Assembly: GCA_964199315.1 (NCBI GenBank)
Contig: OZ116698.1
Location: 12,214,001 to 12,278,000, forward strand
Source: Orbicella franksi
Lineage: Eukaryota
Direction of reading: 5' to 3'
DNA length: 64,000 bases
Program-made: the position numbers and the translations under genes
Notes under the pieces: generated by a model
What the model was told of the DNA's origin: nothing
The model's database searches: none
What the model saw: the letters and a program-made list of their open reading frames with translations, nothing else
In this document: piece by piece, positions 24,895 to 36,800 of the stretch
How the letters are laid out: every line of letters starts with the position of its first letter
Numbering within the stretch: position 1 is the first letter of the stretch

Positions 24895-25132
24895 TTTTGG
24901 ATTGACTGATGAGGGTGAAAAAACTAGCACAGGTGTCAGAAGTTTCAAAACCCAATAAAACACTCTACCAGGTCGAAATGACTCAACCCCTTTTCACTGC
25001 AAGATATCAAGCTTGTTTCCCATTTACAGGAAATTTGGGCAAAATTGTGGTTGGAATTCAAATGGAACACAACTTTTCAGTTCAGTTGACTGAAAGTTTC
25101 TGGGTAAAACAGAACTTCTGAAAAGCATTAGA

Positions 25133-25133
<1 letters not shown>

Positions 25134-25174
<41 letters not shown>

Positions 25175-25229
25175 GATGATGATGATGATGATAATGATAA
25201 TGATTATAATAATAACGATAATTACAATA
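25134..25229. repeat. Compound (AAT)n/(GAT)n microsatellite
   Basis: aataataataat..gatgatgatgat..aataat read directly from the sequence. Confidence 0.95.
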
Positions 25230-26097
25230 ATGTAGTGTATTGTAACTAGGTTAAGTATTGTGTCATGTTGTAAGTAGAGTAAGGCAATGTAAGTAACTAT
25301 GTGTTTAGCAATAAATAAAAAAAAAAAGAACTTCTGAAAAGGTTGTGTTGTTTTCCTGTTGGGCCATTATGACTGGAAATTTGCATTCCAATCACAATTT
25401 TTTGTTTAGACCAGTTTTGAGCCTTTCACAATCTAAAGCCTCAACCAAAATGACAGGATCTTTGGATTTCAAATGGAACATGTTTTTCTTGAACAATAAT
25501 TCCCAACCAAAGTTTTCGGGAACTTTTTAATCTACTGATCTGAGTGAGCTATGATATCAGTGGAACAGGGGGTCAAGCACTGTTCCAATAACAAGTGGCA
25601 CATTTAGAGAGGTTTTCTTCTTAGAGAAGTGTCTACCTAGAGGAATCTACAATTGTTTGAGGTTTGAGGTGACATATTAAAGTATGGTGCAAATCTTCTT
25701 CACAATATCAATATACATTAACAAGGGACCTAACAGACCCCTCTCTGAGGTGTTCAAAACTTCAATGCAGGGTTAGGGTTAGGGTTTTTTTCTGTGTTAC
25801 AAATCTCAGAGGTAGATTAATGTATCCCTTTGACAGACCCTCAAAGCTGGTCCAAAGTGGCTTGCTTTAGAAGGGACACAATGTACCTGCACAAACACCT
25901 GACAAATGCAAAGCAATCATGACAAACTGTCTAAATTTGAAAATAATCATACAAAACTGGGACCAGAAACTTGGTTTACATTACTTAACATAATTTGAAG
26001 CCAAAGAAAAATGTTTACTAACTAAAGGTGATATGAAGATCAGATGAAGTCAACAAATTTTTGGGTTAATTACTAGATGACCTAAGAAAACACAGCA

Positions 26098-29000
26098 CTA
26101 TTCCTTTGCAAGCGGTGTTTGCTTAAGTTGCAGGAAAATTGATCGCATGCGTGATACATCCTTGGTGTTCTTTGTTCCTTTTGGATTAAAGTCGCAATTG
26201 CGGCAGACTCGTTCCCAGTCATGACCTGGAGTGGAAGAGTCATCACGATCAGCCACAAAGGCTTCCTCGTCTGCCCTGAAAAATGTTTTAACAGTATTGT
26301 GAGAGATGACTTTGTTAGGGTGTGAACACCTGCACTGAGCCACTTAGAATGACCTTGTAGAACACATATGAAGACATTAATAACCCATTTTCATATTCTC
26401 CACATTGGATTGGAACTAGCTTGCAATAACAAGTTTCCAAGTTAAATTAACAAGAAGAGAATTTGACACCAAGGACAAGATCTGTTTAAGTTGGCAGCAT
26501 AAGAAATCAAGGAAAACAGACCTTCAGTTGCCTTTACTTGGTTTCAAAGTTAGTTGTGAATATATTGTGTGGATTCATCAACATCACTGGCCATTTTAGG
26601 AAAATGTTTACAACCCAATTTCTTCAATAAACATTGATTGGTCAATTTTTTCCCAAGTGGCTGGGTTCAAGTAGTTGCACTGTAATTTCCCTTACCAATT
26701 ATCAAATTGTCTTATTTTAGCCCTTCAAAAAAAGATTTCTGTGGCATCCAGTGTCACTAACATACCTATTGCTTGTTTGTGTTTTTCCTAATTGTTCATC
26801 TCGTCTCTCATACCAGTCATTGAGTTCCTTTTTAGCTTGTTCGCGCCATTCTTGTATTTCAGATTTTTCCTCACTATCCATTTTGTCAAGAAGAGCTGCT
26901 TTTTCTTCTCTCCATTTTCTACAAAAAAGATGTATGTATGCTGGTAAGCAACAAAACAGCTACTGCAAGAGGTGGTTTAAGTAACACTGTCTTAATTCTG
27001 GCCTGGATTGAAGTTAAACTAGGTTTTTCAATCTTTTTTAGCCTTTTAAAAGCTGAGTATCCTCTTCTACTTACCAATTAAAATTTTTTAGTACTCCTGG
27101 AATCATATCCTATCTTCAATGGTGATAGCTTTAGTAATTTGAACCATAAATGCAAAGTTTTAAGGAACAAAAATGTTCTATGACCACAAACTGGGTGATG
27201 GTTTTACTGCCTATGTAACACCACCCACTCAAAAAAACTGAATTCCACAGACTACCAAATTGAAGAGCAGTAACATGACCTATCATACTGAGAGTCCACA
27301 CAGTTGTTAAGATGCAAGTGTTCGCAAGCATTAAAACCACACCTCCCACAGGATGAGAGGGTACGGCAGTTATCACTTGAGTGTTGCTCTTGCACCAGGT
27401 AAATGCATGCCAAGCTTAAAATGCCACTGTTTGGACAATCAGCTGACTATGGTGCTTCTTAATGAAGATACAACATACATGTACCATTTACGATTTTACC
27501 CATTAACATACCTAATGATATTTGCACAAATTCTAATTAATTCACTACAAGTAAAACAACTTTTAACAAAACAAACCTCACCTGACAGATTCTGGTTCTG
27601 ATTCTCTTGGGAGTGGTACCACTGGCTGGTGGGAGCCTGAAATCTAAGAGTTTTAAGATTTCAACAGTCTGTTTAGAAAACTGAACCGTGGAAAGAAATT
27701 ATCACAAGAGTGCATATTCATCTTTCTTTGTGGAATTGTTTTCTCTGTACCTGAACAAAACAGAGACTGCAAAGAAGACAGATGAATTGTTTAACATGTG
27801 CAAGTGCAAGTACAAGGAGGAGTGTTTTTTTTCCCACTACATCCTCAAATTGACTTCTCCCAAATAAATGTACAAATCTTTCTAGATTATTACATATTTT
27901 TTCCCACCACTCTTGTGCTGTGTCAGCATTGGGCTGTGCTCTGGTTGCTGGTAAACAATGACAGACATTACCCTAAATACAACATAATTGTGTACCCCAG
28001 TCTAGCACAGCAGACAGGGTGGCAAAACCACTGGGTTTGCTGTTTTCACATGAAATAAATGACTTGAAAAAAAAAAAAGTTCATAATTTTCTGAAATTGC
28101 TGAACAACTGAAGACCATGTTCATTCACCTCCTCATCAGCAAATCCATTTACGACTGGCTGATTGTCCACTGAATCCTCAAAGCCATTGAGCTCCTGAAA
28201 CAGCAACAAAACCATGATCATTGACAGTTTATCACATGCTCAGATGTCAAAACTCCACTCACTCGATCATTTTCTTAGTGTGTACTGGTACATAAGGTGT
28301 ACATCACCTTGACGATATTCCAGAAGATGAACTTCCTAAGGCTGGTTTGAGAGTTCATGACAACAATTGTCGCTGCATTAACTTTAGTATAGTTTCAGCA
28401 CAAACAGCCCTCGGCATACACGAGCTGGAAGTCCTCTGGATACTGATTCAATCTCCCAGTCTCCAGTACAGGTCACGAAATCTCCCAGATATGAAAGAAA
28501 GCGCTTGTAGTACAAACTTAACTCAGCTGATATTTTCCGTTTTTAGGGGACAATTATTGCATATCATATTAACACATTTTTGTGGTTAAATTGACAGTGC
28601 TCTACTTTGAACAACTGTTTTTGGTATTGAGAAGATGAAATTGGCGATCATTCTCATTTCTCTTTTTGGGCGGGTTGGCTTCTCTGGGGCCTTATAACCA
28701 GCCTCTGCCTTTTAGTCCATAGAGTTACTAACAGTGCCAAGGAAGCAGTACGTCATCTAAGCTACTGGAAAACCTCATCTCTCACAGCTAACCAAACTTT
28801 AGCCAAATACAGGCATTTGGCATTCTGTAGACATTCCAGGCATTCTGCAGATGCCCACTTGATAGAGATTTTTTTCATATGCAGTTATAAAAATTGTTCA
28901 CTTGAGTTGAATTGTTCACTCCAAAAGTAAATTTTGGATACCCACTTTTAAAATTTTGGCTAAAAGCTTGCAACTCAAAACATTTCACTGCATGTTGGAT

Positions 29001-29899
29001 GGAAGTTCTAATGGTTCTCAACAAAAATTCAGGGGCAAAGTAAATCCGGGAGGGAGGTGCTACTTGACCGGCATGTTTGGTTATAGGAGTGCCACAGAGG
29101 ATTTGAAATGCTAACCCAGTTTAGGACGAAAATACTCTAAAAATTCAACCATGTGTACATGTAGGTGTACTTTGGTTCAATCCTTCTCTTTTCGATTCAC
29201 AAAATGCTTTCAACTGATTTAACTAGGTAGTCCACTAATCCTTCAGTTAGGACTCTTAGCACAATTGAAATATGTACTACAAAACTTGCATCACCCGATG
29301 AGTACTTTGATATTAAGCTTATTTTTTGAGAACAGAAATCACTAAAATTCTCAGTTCTGATAAATCGCACAGACCCTTTTTCTACCCTTAACGCAGGTTT
29401 TAGAATATTTTGGTTTGACAGTGTATATGTATTTACGATCATATTTACAAATTAGTGGCGGCTGAATCAAGGATCAAATGATTAGGCCTGAGAAGAATTT
29501 TGAGAGCAGCTACCTAGCCTTTCACATCATGTGCTGTCTGTCCATATCTGACTGCAAGGTAGATTTGCAATAACGTTTGGTGGCGAAAAAAGAAATGAAA
29601 ATTAATCGTCTTTCAACGTTGATTTCAACGCTAACAAATGAAAGGCTTATAAAAAAGTAAGCGTTTTCTACAGCGCTACAACACGTCAAGCTACAGATTA
29701 CTTTGTCGACAATATCACTGATAGACACTTAATTTAGCCCTAAATTGCATCAAAATTAAGGTCATGTAAAGCTTACGTCGGTCTCCGGCTGCCCTCCACC
29801 GAAATCCTCTCCCAGTTCAGCAAGATCATCTTGTTCTCTCGCTAAAAATTCGGCTGCGGGATCTTCCTGAAATTCGTCACTGCCCAAAAGATCCGCCAT
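26098..29899 (-). CDS. CLTA: Clathrin light chain
   Basis: Exons 29899-29777 (MADLLGSDEFQEDPAAEFLAREQ), 28194-28129, one unresolved small phase 0-to-1 exon (candidates near 27914-27950 or 27757-27772), 27636-27582 (..EPESVR), 26918-26766 (KWREE..AKKELNDWY), 26275-26098 (WERVCRNCDFNPK..KDVSRMRSIFLQLKQ). These are hallmark CLC motifs. The symbol denotes the single invertebrate CLTA/CLTB homolog. Confidence 0.93.
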
Positions 29900-30032
29900 T
29901 TTGACACCGGAATGACTCGTGTAAGGTACGATACCCCGGATGTTGTTTCAACCAGCTCCCTTGGATCCCTGGGACTGTTTCCGCTAGTATGATGCGTTCT
30001 GGGAAATTTTGTTGCGTCATTACAGTCCCAAA
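29900..30032. promoter_or_regulatory. Bidirectional promoter region between clathrin light chain and DNAJC19
   Basis: Divergent start codons (aaaATGGCG at 29899 minus; aaaATG|gt at 30033 plus) are only 133 bp apart in CpG-containing sequence. Confidence 0.75.
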
Positions 30033-32797
30033 ATGGTAGGTTTCTGTTAGTAGAGGATTTTATCAATTATTTTCCAGGAAAGTTTCAGTAATCAGTTGTT
30101 TCCTTCGCTTCTCCTCAGACTAGCCTCATACTAGCAGGGCTTGGAGTAGCCGGAGCAGCGATAGCAGGTTTGTTTACTTTAAAAAATAACGTTCACGTTT
30201 GATGTTTGTAACAAAATGTGCACGTGTTGTCATTCGTCAGTTGTGTTGCATTATGTGTTTTTTACTTTAAAATCACGTGTTTCGTCTCCCGTTCTCAGGT
30301 CGTTATGCCATGGTAGCTTTAAGGAAGGTTAATTTCAACCAAATACCCAAAATTATTCCGAAAATACCGGTAAGTATTGTCAACTCCGTGCTTTGGAAAA
30401 ACATTGCTTCTCTCAAGAAAATTAGAGCTTGGATGCTGATGTCACTTTAGTTTGTCATGTGGTTTCTCTCTTATCCAACCGTTTCACATGACGTATACAG
30501 TTCCAATTACACTGTCCAGAGTTACAACTGTGACATACAGTAAACACTGTACTATTTGGGTTAAAATCAGCCCTGGTGGTGATAGCCAATCACACTGGGT
30601 TTTGCAAAGCACTAACCCCCGATCAGCTGACCCCCTACTGATGCCCTATAAAAACTATTAATGGGACCAATTCAAGTTCACAAATAAATTAAGCTTACCT
30701 GAAATTTCCAAAATTGCGCATTAATTGCAGATTTCCAACTCTCTCCTCCGGTGATTGTAAGTGCAGGTTTTGCTTATGGAAAACTGAGCACAGATTAAAT
30801 TGGAATATCCTCAAGTATGTTATTTGCAGCCATTAGAAAATTAAGCAATGAAATTAATGAAGAAATGCTTGCAAAGGAACACACTTGCGGGCGACAAACA
30901 AAATCTGCACTTACGTAAAACTAGGAATCAAAGGAGAAGAGAGTCAGAAATCTGCAATGTGGCCACTGCCTTTGAAAATTTTAGGTAATGAACTTGGATC
31001 AGTCCTGTTGATAGTTTTGGGATTGTTTTAAATTTTCTTTTTCCCATTGATTTTATAGGAGGTCAGTAAGGGGTCAGTGTTTTGATGATACCCAATCACA
31101 GTTGTGGATTTTGGTTTAAGAGGTTAATCATGCTCATAGTTTCAAATGGACAGAGTACGTAGTGCTAGGTTGATTTGAAATTAAGAGCATGATTAGTCTC
31201 TGAATTGTAGGACATAAGGTCCAATTACTAATTAATCATATCAATAACAGATTTTGAGGTTAAAAAAGTTTATGAGAACTTCTTTTGAGCAAAAAAGTGA
31301 GAAGCACTCTCCATAAGTTTTACAAACTGAAGGCAACAGTACGAAGGAAGCCATTAAAGTGCATGCAATTGATGTGCAAACAGCTTAGGTATCCAATTAC
31401 AGAAAATTGTAATTGGATACCATCCAGTAATTGGAAACCCAGTGATCTCTTTTCAATTGTGAGTCAAATAGGCACAAGGAGAACCAATCAAGATCAAGAA
31501 TTTTGTTTTAGATACTACTGTACATACAAGGTCCCATTGCTTGGCCAAAACCACCAAAATAAACCTTAAGTTTTTTACCATGTTGTTTCCTGTTTGGTGG
31601 AGCTGGAATACATGCATATCTCTATGTAAATGTTGATATCTGTTCTGTGTTTGGTTTGTAATTCATTTTTCACTTCAAGTATTGATCAAGTATTTGGCTA
31701 AGCATCCATGTACATGTTGGTTGAGCTTAATCAACTAACTGAACTGATAAGTAGAAAACTTTTTATTGCGATGATTGTCTTCCATAATGATTTTTATATG
31801 TTGATAGGAGTTCAGCCATTATTACAGGGGAGGGTTTGAATCCAAAATGACAAAACGCGAAGCTGGTTTAGTGCTTGGAATCAGGTACACCACTGTTGTT
31901 TCATTTGTTATCAATTTGATTTGCATTACGTATTGTCATTCCATTTGCTCCTCACAGTTGGTATCAGTTGAATAATATATTTAAGATATTAAAGACCGTA
32001 GTGCACAACATACTAGAATTTAAATTTTTGTGTTTGCAGTCCTTCAGCAAGCAAGGCTAAAGTTCGAGAGGCACACAGAAGAATCATGCTAATAAATCAT
32101 CCTGACAGAGGTGAGTTGAGGGATTTTAGATCGACAGTGAAAAACTACATAGCTGTGGAAAGTCTGGTCATAACTTAAAGTAACATGGTTCAAGGGATTT
32201 TGCTTTTCAGAGTAGACCCAAACAAATGAGGTAGTGAGGTTTTATATTGCAAGTGACACTTAAAAGTTCTCTCAAAATGGTGTGCATCTTGCAGTAAAGC
32301 TAAATGCAAAAAATAGTTTTCCCTTTAAAACCTTAAGTGTGTTTTTTTGGAGTCTTAAGTGGAAATTTTTTGATTTGATAAAATCCTTGATTTTCAATGC
32401 CTAACCAAAGTCGAGCTCTGATGGGTCTGCAACCATGGGGAGAGTGAGGCATTGTGACATCAAACTAAAAGCCTTCCTTGAGTGATACTTTAGCAACTCT
32501 CGGTATTTGAAGGCTTCATGTAGTGGAATTTTTTTCACTGGGGCTCAATGGTTATCCAAATTGTAGTTAAATTGACAAGGTCTTCTAAATGTGTGAAATG
32601 CAGACTGTCAAGTTCTTGATTTGACATCTCAACAGCCACTGGACCCGTGCCTCGCAAAACATAATAATATAGTAACATGTTGTTCGAAATTATTGAATCT
32701 TGCCTTTATGTTTGTGTGTCATTTTGTAGGTGGTTCTCCATATCTAGCCGCAAAAATAAATGAGGCAAAAGATCTCCTTGATGGAAATGGCAAATGA
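30033..32797 (+). CDS. DNAJC19: Mitochondrial import inner membrane translocase subunit TIM14/PAM18 (J-domain protein)
   Basis: Exons 30033-30035 (ATG only, then gtaggt), 30119-30167, 30299-30369, 31808-31884 ([20 protein letters not shown]), 32040-32110 ([13 protein letters not shown]), 32730-32797 ([16 protein letters not shown]). The HPD motif is intact and all phases are consistent. Confidence 0.95.
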
Positions 32798-33887
32798 TAT
32801 AAATATACATGGTGGAAGAATACAGTTGGAAGAGAAAGGGATAGTCTGATGGTACAATCATCAGGCACAGTTTATGCAACATTCATAATGGCAAACTCCA
32901 GCAGAGAGCGAAGAAGGACCAGAAATTATATGAGAACAGAACCTTCGGAAAAGAAGGGTATATTAATTATTCAAAAAGTTGCATAGATATGAGACAGTTT
33001 CGTGGTGACATCAATGTTACAAATCAATCTGCAGCTGTTGTGAGTTTGTACATGAGCAGAGAACAGAGCAAATGTTGCAAATAGTACCTACTTCTCTTGT
33101 GTCTTCTCTCAAGGCATTTACCTGCAGGTCATACTTATAGTAAGTGAAAACTAATTACCTAACTTCAATTGAAACAGGCAAAATTTTTGTCGAGTTGCAA
33201 GGAAAATGTTGCCTGTCTTAGTTGCCTTAGGAAAAGAGCTTGTTATAGTAGTTATTAAATTCACATGGTTTCTCTTGTTGGATCTGTAAACACTAGCGGG
33301 GGAACATATGTGAATAAAGGTGATAAAAATCACAATTTTACATTTTTGTAAATAAAGTTTTATTAATTAAAGAATTTTAATTCTTTTAAGCTCAGCATTC
33401 AACAACAAGGGCTACTATGTTGTTTATTTTACCTCCTTTCATTGCTGTTATTAATTTCTTATTAAAGCAAGTTATTACAAGCTACAGGTTATCATGGTTG
33501 CACACGTAGACACCAAAAGAAAGCTGGTTTACGGCAGTTACCAGCACTGCCATCATTCTGGCTGGATTCTAATCTCTTTTTGACTAGTATTTTCTCGAAT
33601 TAAAATCAACAATCCCCGAAGAAAAATTAGCTTATGTGCTTCCCTCAAAGAGATTATGCTCTACACCTGCAATTGGCTAGTTGAGATGGGGACGAAGTCA
33701 AAACTATTCCTTGTTAAAGCCATGGATCAAAAACTGATTGCTGTCAAACTCACACAATATAACTCAAGACTAATCAGCTTTAATTAAACTACTTAATTAG
33801 TAGCTTTTCTCTTTCCCTAGTAAGTGGATATAGTCTTAGATTTATCTTAAAACAGACGAGACCGTGAGATGCAGACTAGCGACACAT

Positions 33888-36800
33888 TTACTCATGCCTA
33901 GTCCACTCTGGATGTTCTTGGAGTTCCCGCTGACTGATTTCCGAATCTTCATTGCATTCTGAAACAGAAATTATAAAGGGCTTTAAAATTTCGATTAAAT
34001 GCCCAATCATTGGCAACAGGGTAGTCCATCTTGTAAAATCATGATTTTATTGTAGTTTGATGCGCTGAGGAGATAAGCAAGATAAGTTAAGTTCCTTACC
34101 TGATGAGGCTGCTGAGAGGAGTTTAAGTCCTCTGAGAGTGTCTGCAATATCCTCCACCTTTTCTTTCCTTTCTACATCAACAGTTGCCCTGTTTTCTTCA
34201 CAGTACTCCAAAAACCTGCAAGCCATAACGTGTGAGTTCATAATTTTGGCCAGACATTTCAAGCTAGAAGAGGTTATGCAGAATCAACATTTCAAGCTTA
34301 TTTCAGGTTAAACTGAGTGGAGATATCTTGTAGTCTTCATAGTGTGTTTTTAATGATTATCATGAACTGTACCTCTACAAAGTTTATCAAACGCCATGCA
34401 CTTAACAAAGTTGGATCTCAACCTGTTGGTACTGAAATATTTTTCGGAACAGCTCCTACCTTTTCCAGTTTTCGTCCAAACACAGCATGTCCGGGTTTCC
34501 TATTAAAATCAAGAGGGCCTGGGCACGAGTAATGGCTACATTGAATCTCTGAAAGAAAAAAGAATACAAAAGTTACGGAATTGAATCTGTTGTCTGTACA
34601 CCCATGAGTTTAGATAAGATAAAGACAAGGTGCGCACGAGTGTTCGTCAATTTTTCAAACTCTTAACTAATTCTCAATCTGGATAAATGTTAAACGTGTA
34701 ATTTGAACTTTTTCGACATTTGAGCACAATTGGTCCCATTAGATCATGCAAATACATAGTCTCTTTAAGAGAAACTGCTCAGAAGGTAATCCTACTTTTG
34801 GATTGTTTAGAAATCCAAGGTGGAAATCCTTGTCCATCTCTAAGTATTCCTTCTTGGTACTTCGGACAGTTGATAAGATGATCACTCTTCTCTCCTGTCC
34901 CTGAAACTCTTCCACGCTGCCAACTTTAATCCCAGGACCAAACCGTCTCTTTTCAATCATCGTCTGAATCTTTTGAACCTAACCAAGAAGCCGCAGAAAC
35001 ATTGTTAGCAATTACTCATTTGACGGACCGCAAAACAGTTTTCTTTTTCTCCGAACAAACGCAGGCCAAATAGGCCTGTTTTGCTGGCATATTTTCAATT
35101 TGAAAACAAGGTGGGGTTGTGTAGTAATCAGGAAAAAAGAAGATCAGGTAGTTTTTTTTTAATTTGTTCATGCCTTTTTGCAAAAGAGGGAATTAAAACG
35201 ATAAAAATGATTTTGCCCTCTGATCGACATGTTCGTGTTCAGAAAAGCCATTAAGAGGAACACAGGGTCACACACCCGTTGTGAATTGAGCGTGATGCAT
35301 GAAAAACGGCATTTAGTGTCAATTTGATCAAATATCTGAGCGTTTGCTTAAAAGGAACCATACTCTAACGATCAGCGGATGCTCAAAACGGTAGCTGTTT
35401 AAAGCAGAAACGGTGCTAGTATAGTTGTAGCCCCCTCTAGGCGTTCGGTTTGTTGCCCCTGGGAGAGGAGGGGGTAGGAGAAAGGGGGAGGGAGCAACAC
35501 AAAGAGCATCGAGTGTATGTAAAATGAGGCAAGAGATTTGAAGAGGCTTCGTAGGTGATAACTTAATGATTATTGGCCTACCTGTCTCTTGTAGGGAGAA
35601 ATAACTCCAATCATCTCTGGTCTCAAGTGTTTTAATCCTCTGCTCCTCACGTTATCGTCCAGCAGTTTCTTTAGATAGCGCTCAATAGTTTCCACCTCGG
35701 CAACGTTAAAGAATGAAGGGCTGCTGCCTTCTCTTTCGTCCTTGCCGTACACGGGGTGGAAAACGATGGGGAAGGTCTTGTTAGGCAGCTCCTCCCAATG
35801 CAGCATCACGTTTCTATAGTAAGTTAGCAAAGTCAAGACATGGTCATGGTCATGTCAAATTTAGAGTTGTACGACTGAAATAGATCTTTCTCGATCGGGG
35901 ATATCATTGACATGTGGAATCTAGGTTGTGTGTCCTTATAATTTTATGCATTATTATACCTTGAACTCACTATCTCTTTTCTGATTGGCCGAAAGCGTAC
36001 AGTGAATTTTCGAAATCAGCGCCTGTGACGTCATCTAGTTGCAGATTATACAATAATCATGTCAAGGACACTCAAAGTCACGGGTAATCATGTCATGTAT
36101 GACCACGGTGCATGACTTCCAAGGGTAATCATGTCAAGTTCGCGCGCTCTGTGTTGCTTGTCGTCAGTGAAAAAGCAAAAGCATGTTCATTCAATGTTTA
36201 ATAAAACAATTATTAGATTTGGTTTTGTGATATTCAGAATAATCAAGGTCTCGGAAAGGGTTATCAGCCTCAACCTTCGGCTTCCACCTCAGTCGACCTT
36301 GATTATTCTGGATATCACAAAAACCTCATCCAATAATTGTTTATTATTTTGACGCAATGGTTCAGAAAGCCGTGGGCAAACCAACTCCATGCTATGCGAT
36401 AGAGCCGCCAAAAAGCGCCTCTCTCGATTCGTGTTCGGAAGCGGGTAAATATAAGTTCCGAACTAGTGAGTGATAGCCATTCACCCTGCTTCCTTTTAAT
36501 GCTTATTTTGTCATAAAGTTATGTCAAACATCATACATCTCACCTAAAATCTCCGGCGCATTCATTCAATTCATTGTCGTAAAACAGTTGTTTGGGTATC
36601 TCAATGATAGCTCTGTGTGAGCGGTAGTTGTTCACGAGCTTTGTCAGTAGATCCGAGTTGTAATCCCCTGTGCGTCCACGCGCGTACGCAGTGCATGACG
36701 TCATCAGACGTTCCAAAAGAGAGATTTCTGCAAAAATTCATTGATAAGATTTAGGCCCCGTCCACACCACGCATGAGAAATTTAAAAATGCGTTTTCACT

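Noticed and set aside
25769-25786. (TTAGGG)3 telomere-like motif; a shorter one lies near 36901
   Set aside because: Only 2-3 units, commonly embedded in repeats. Not evidence of a telomere or a fusion site.
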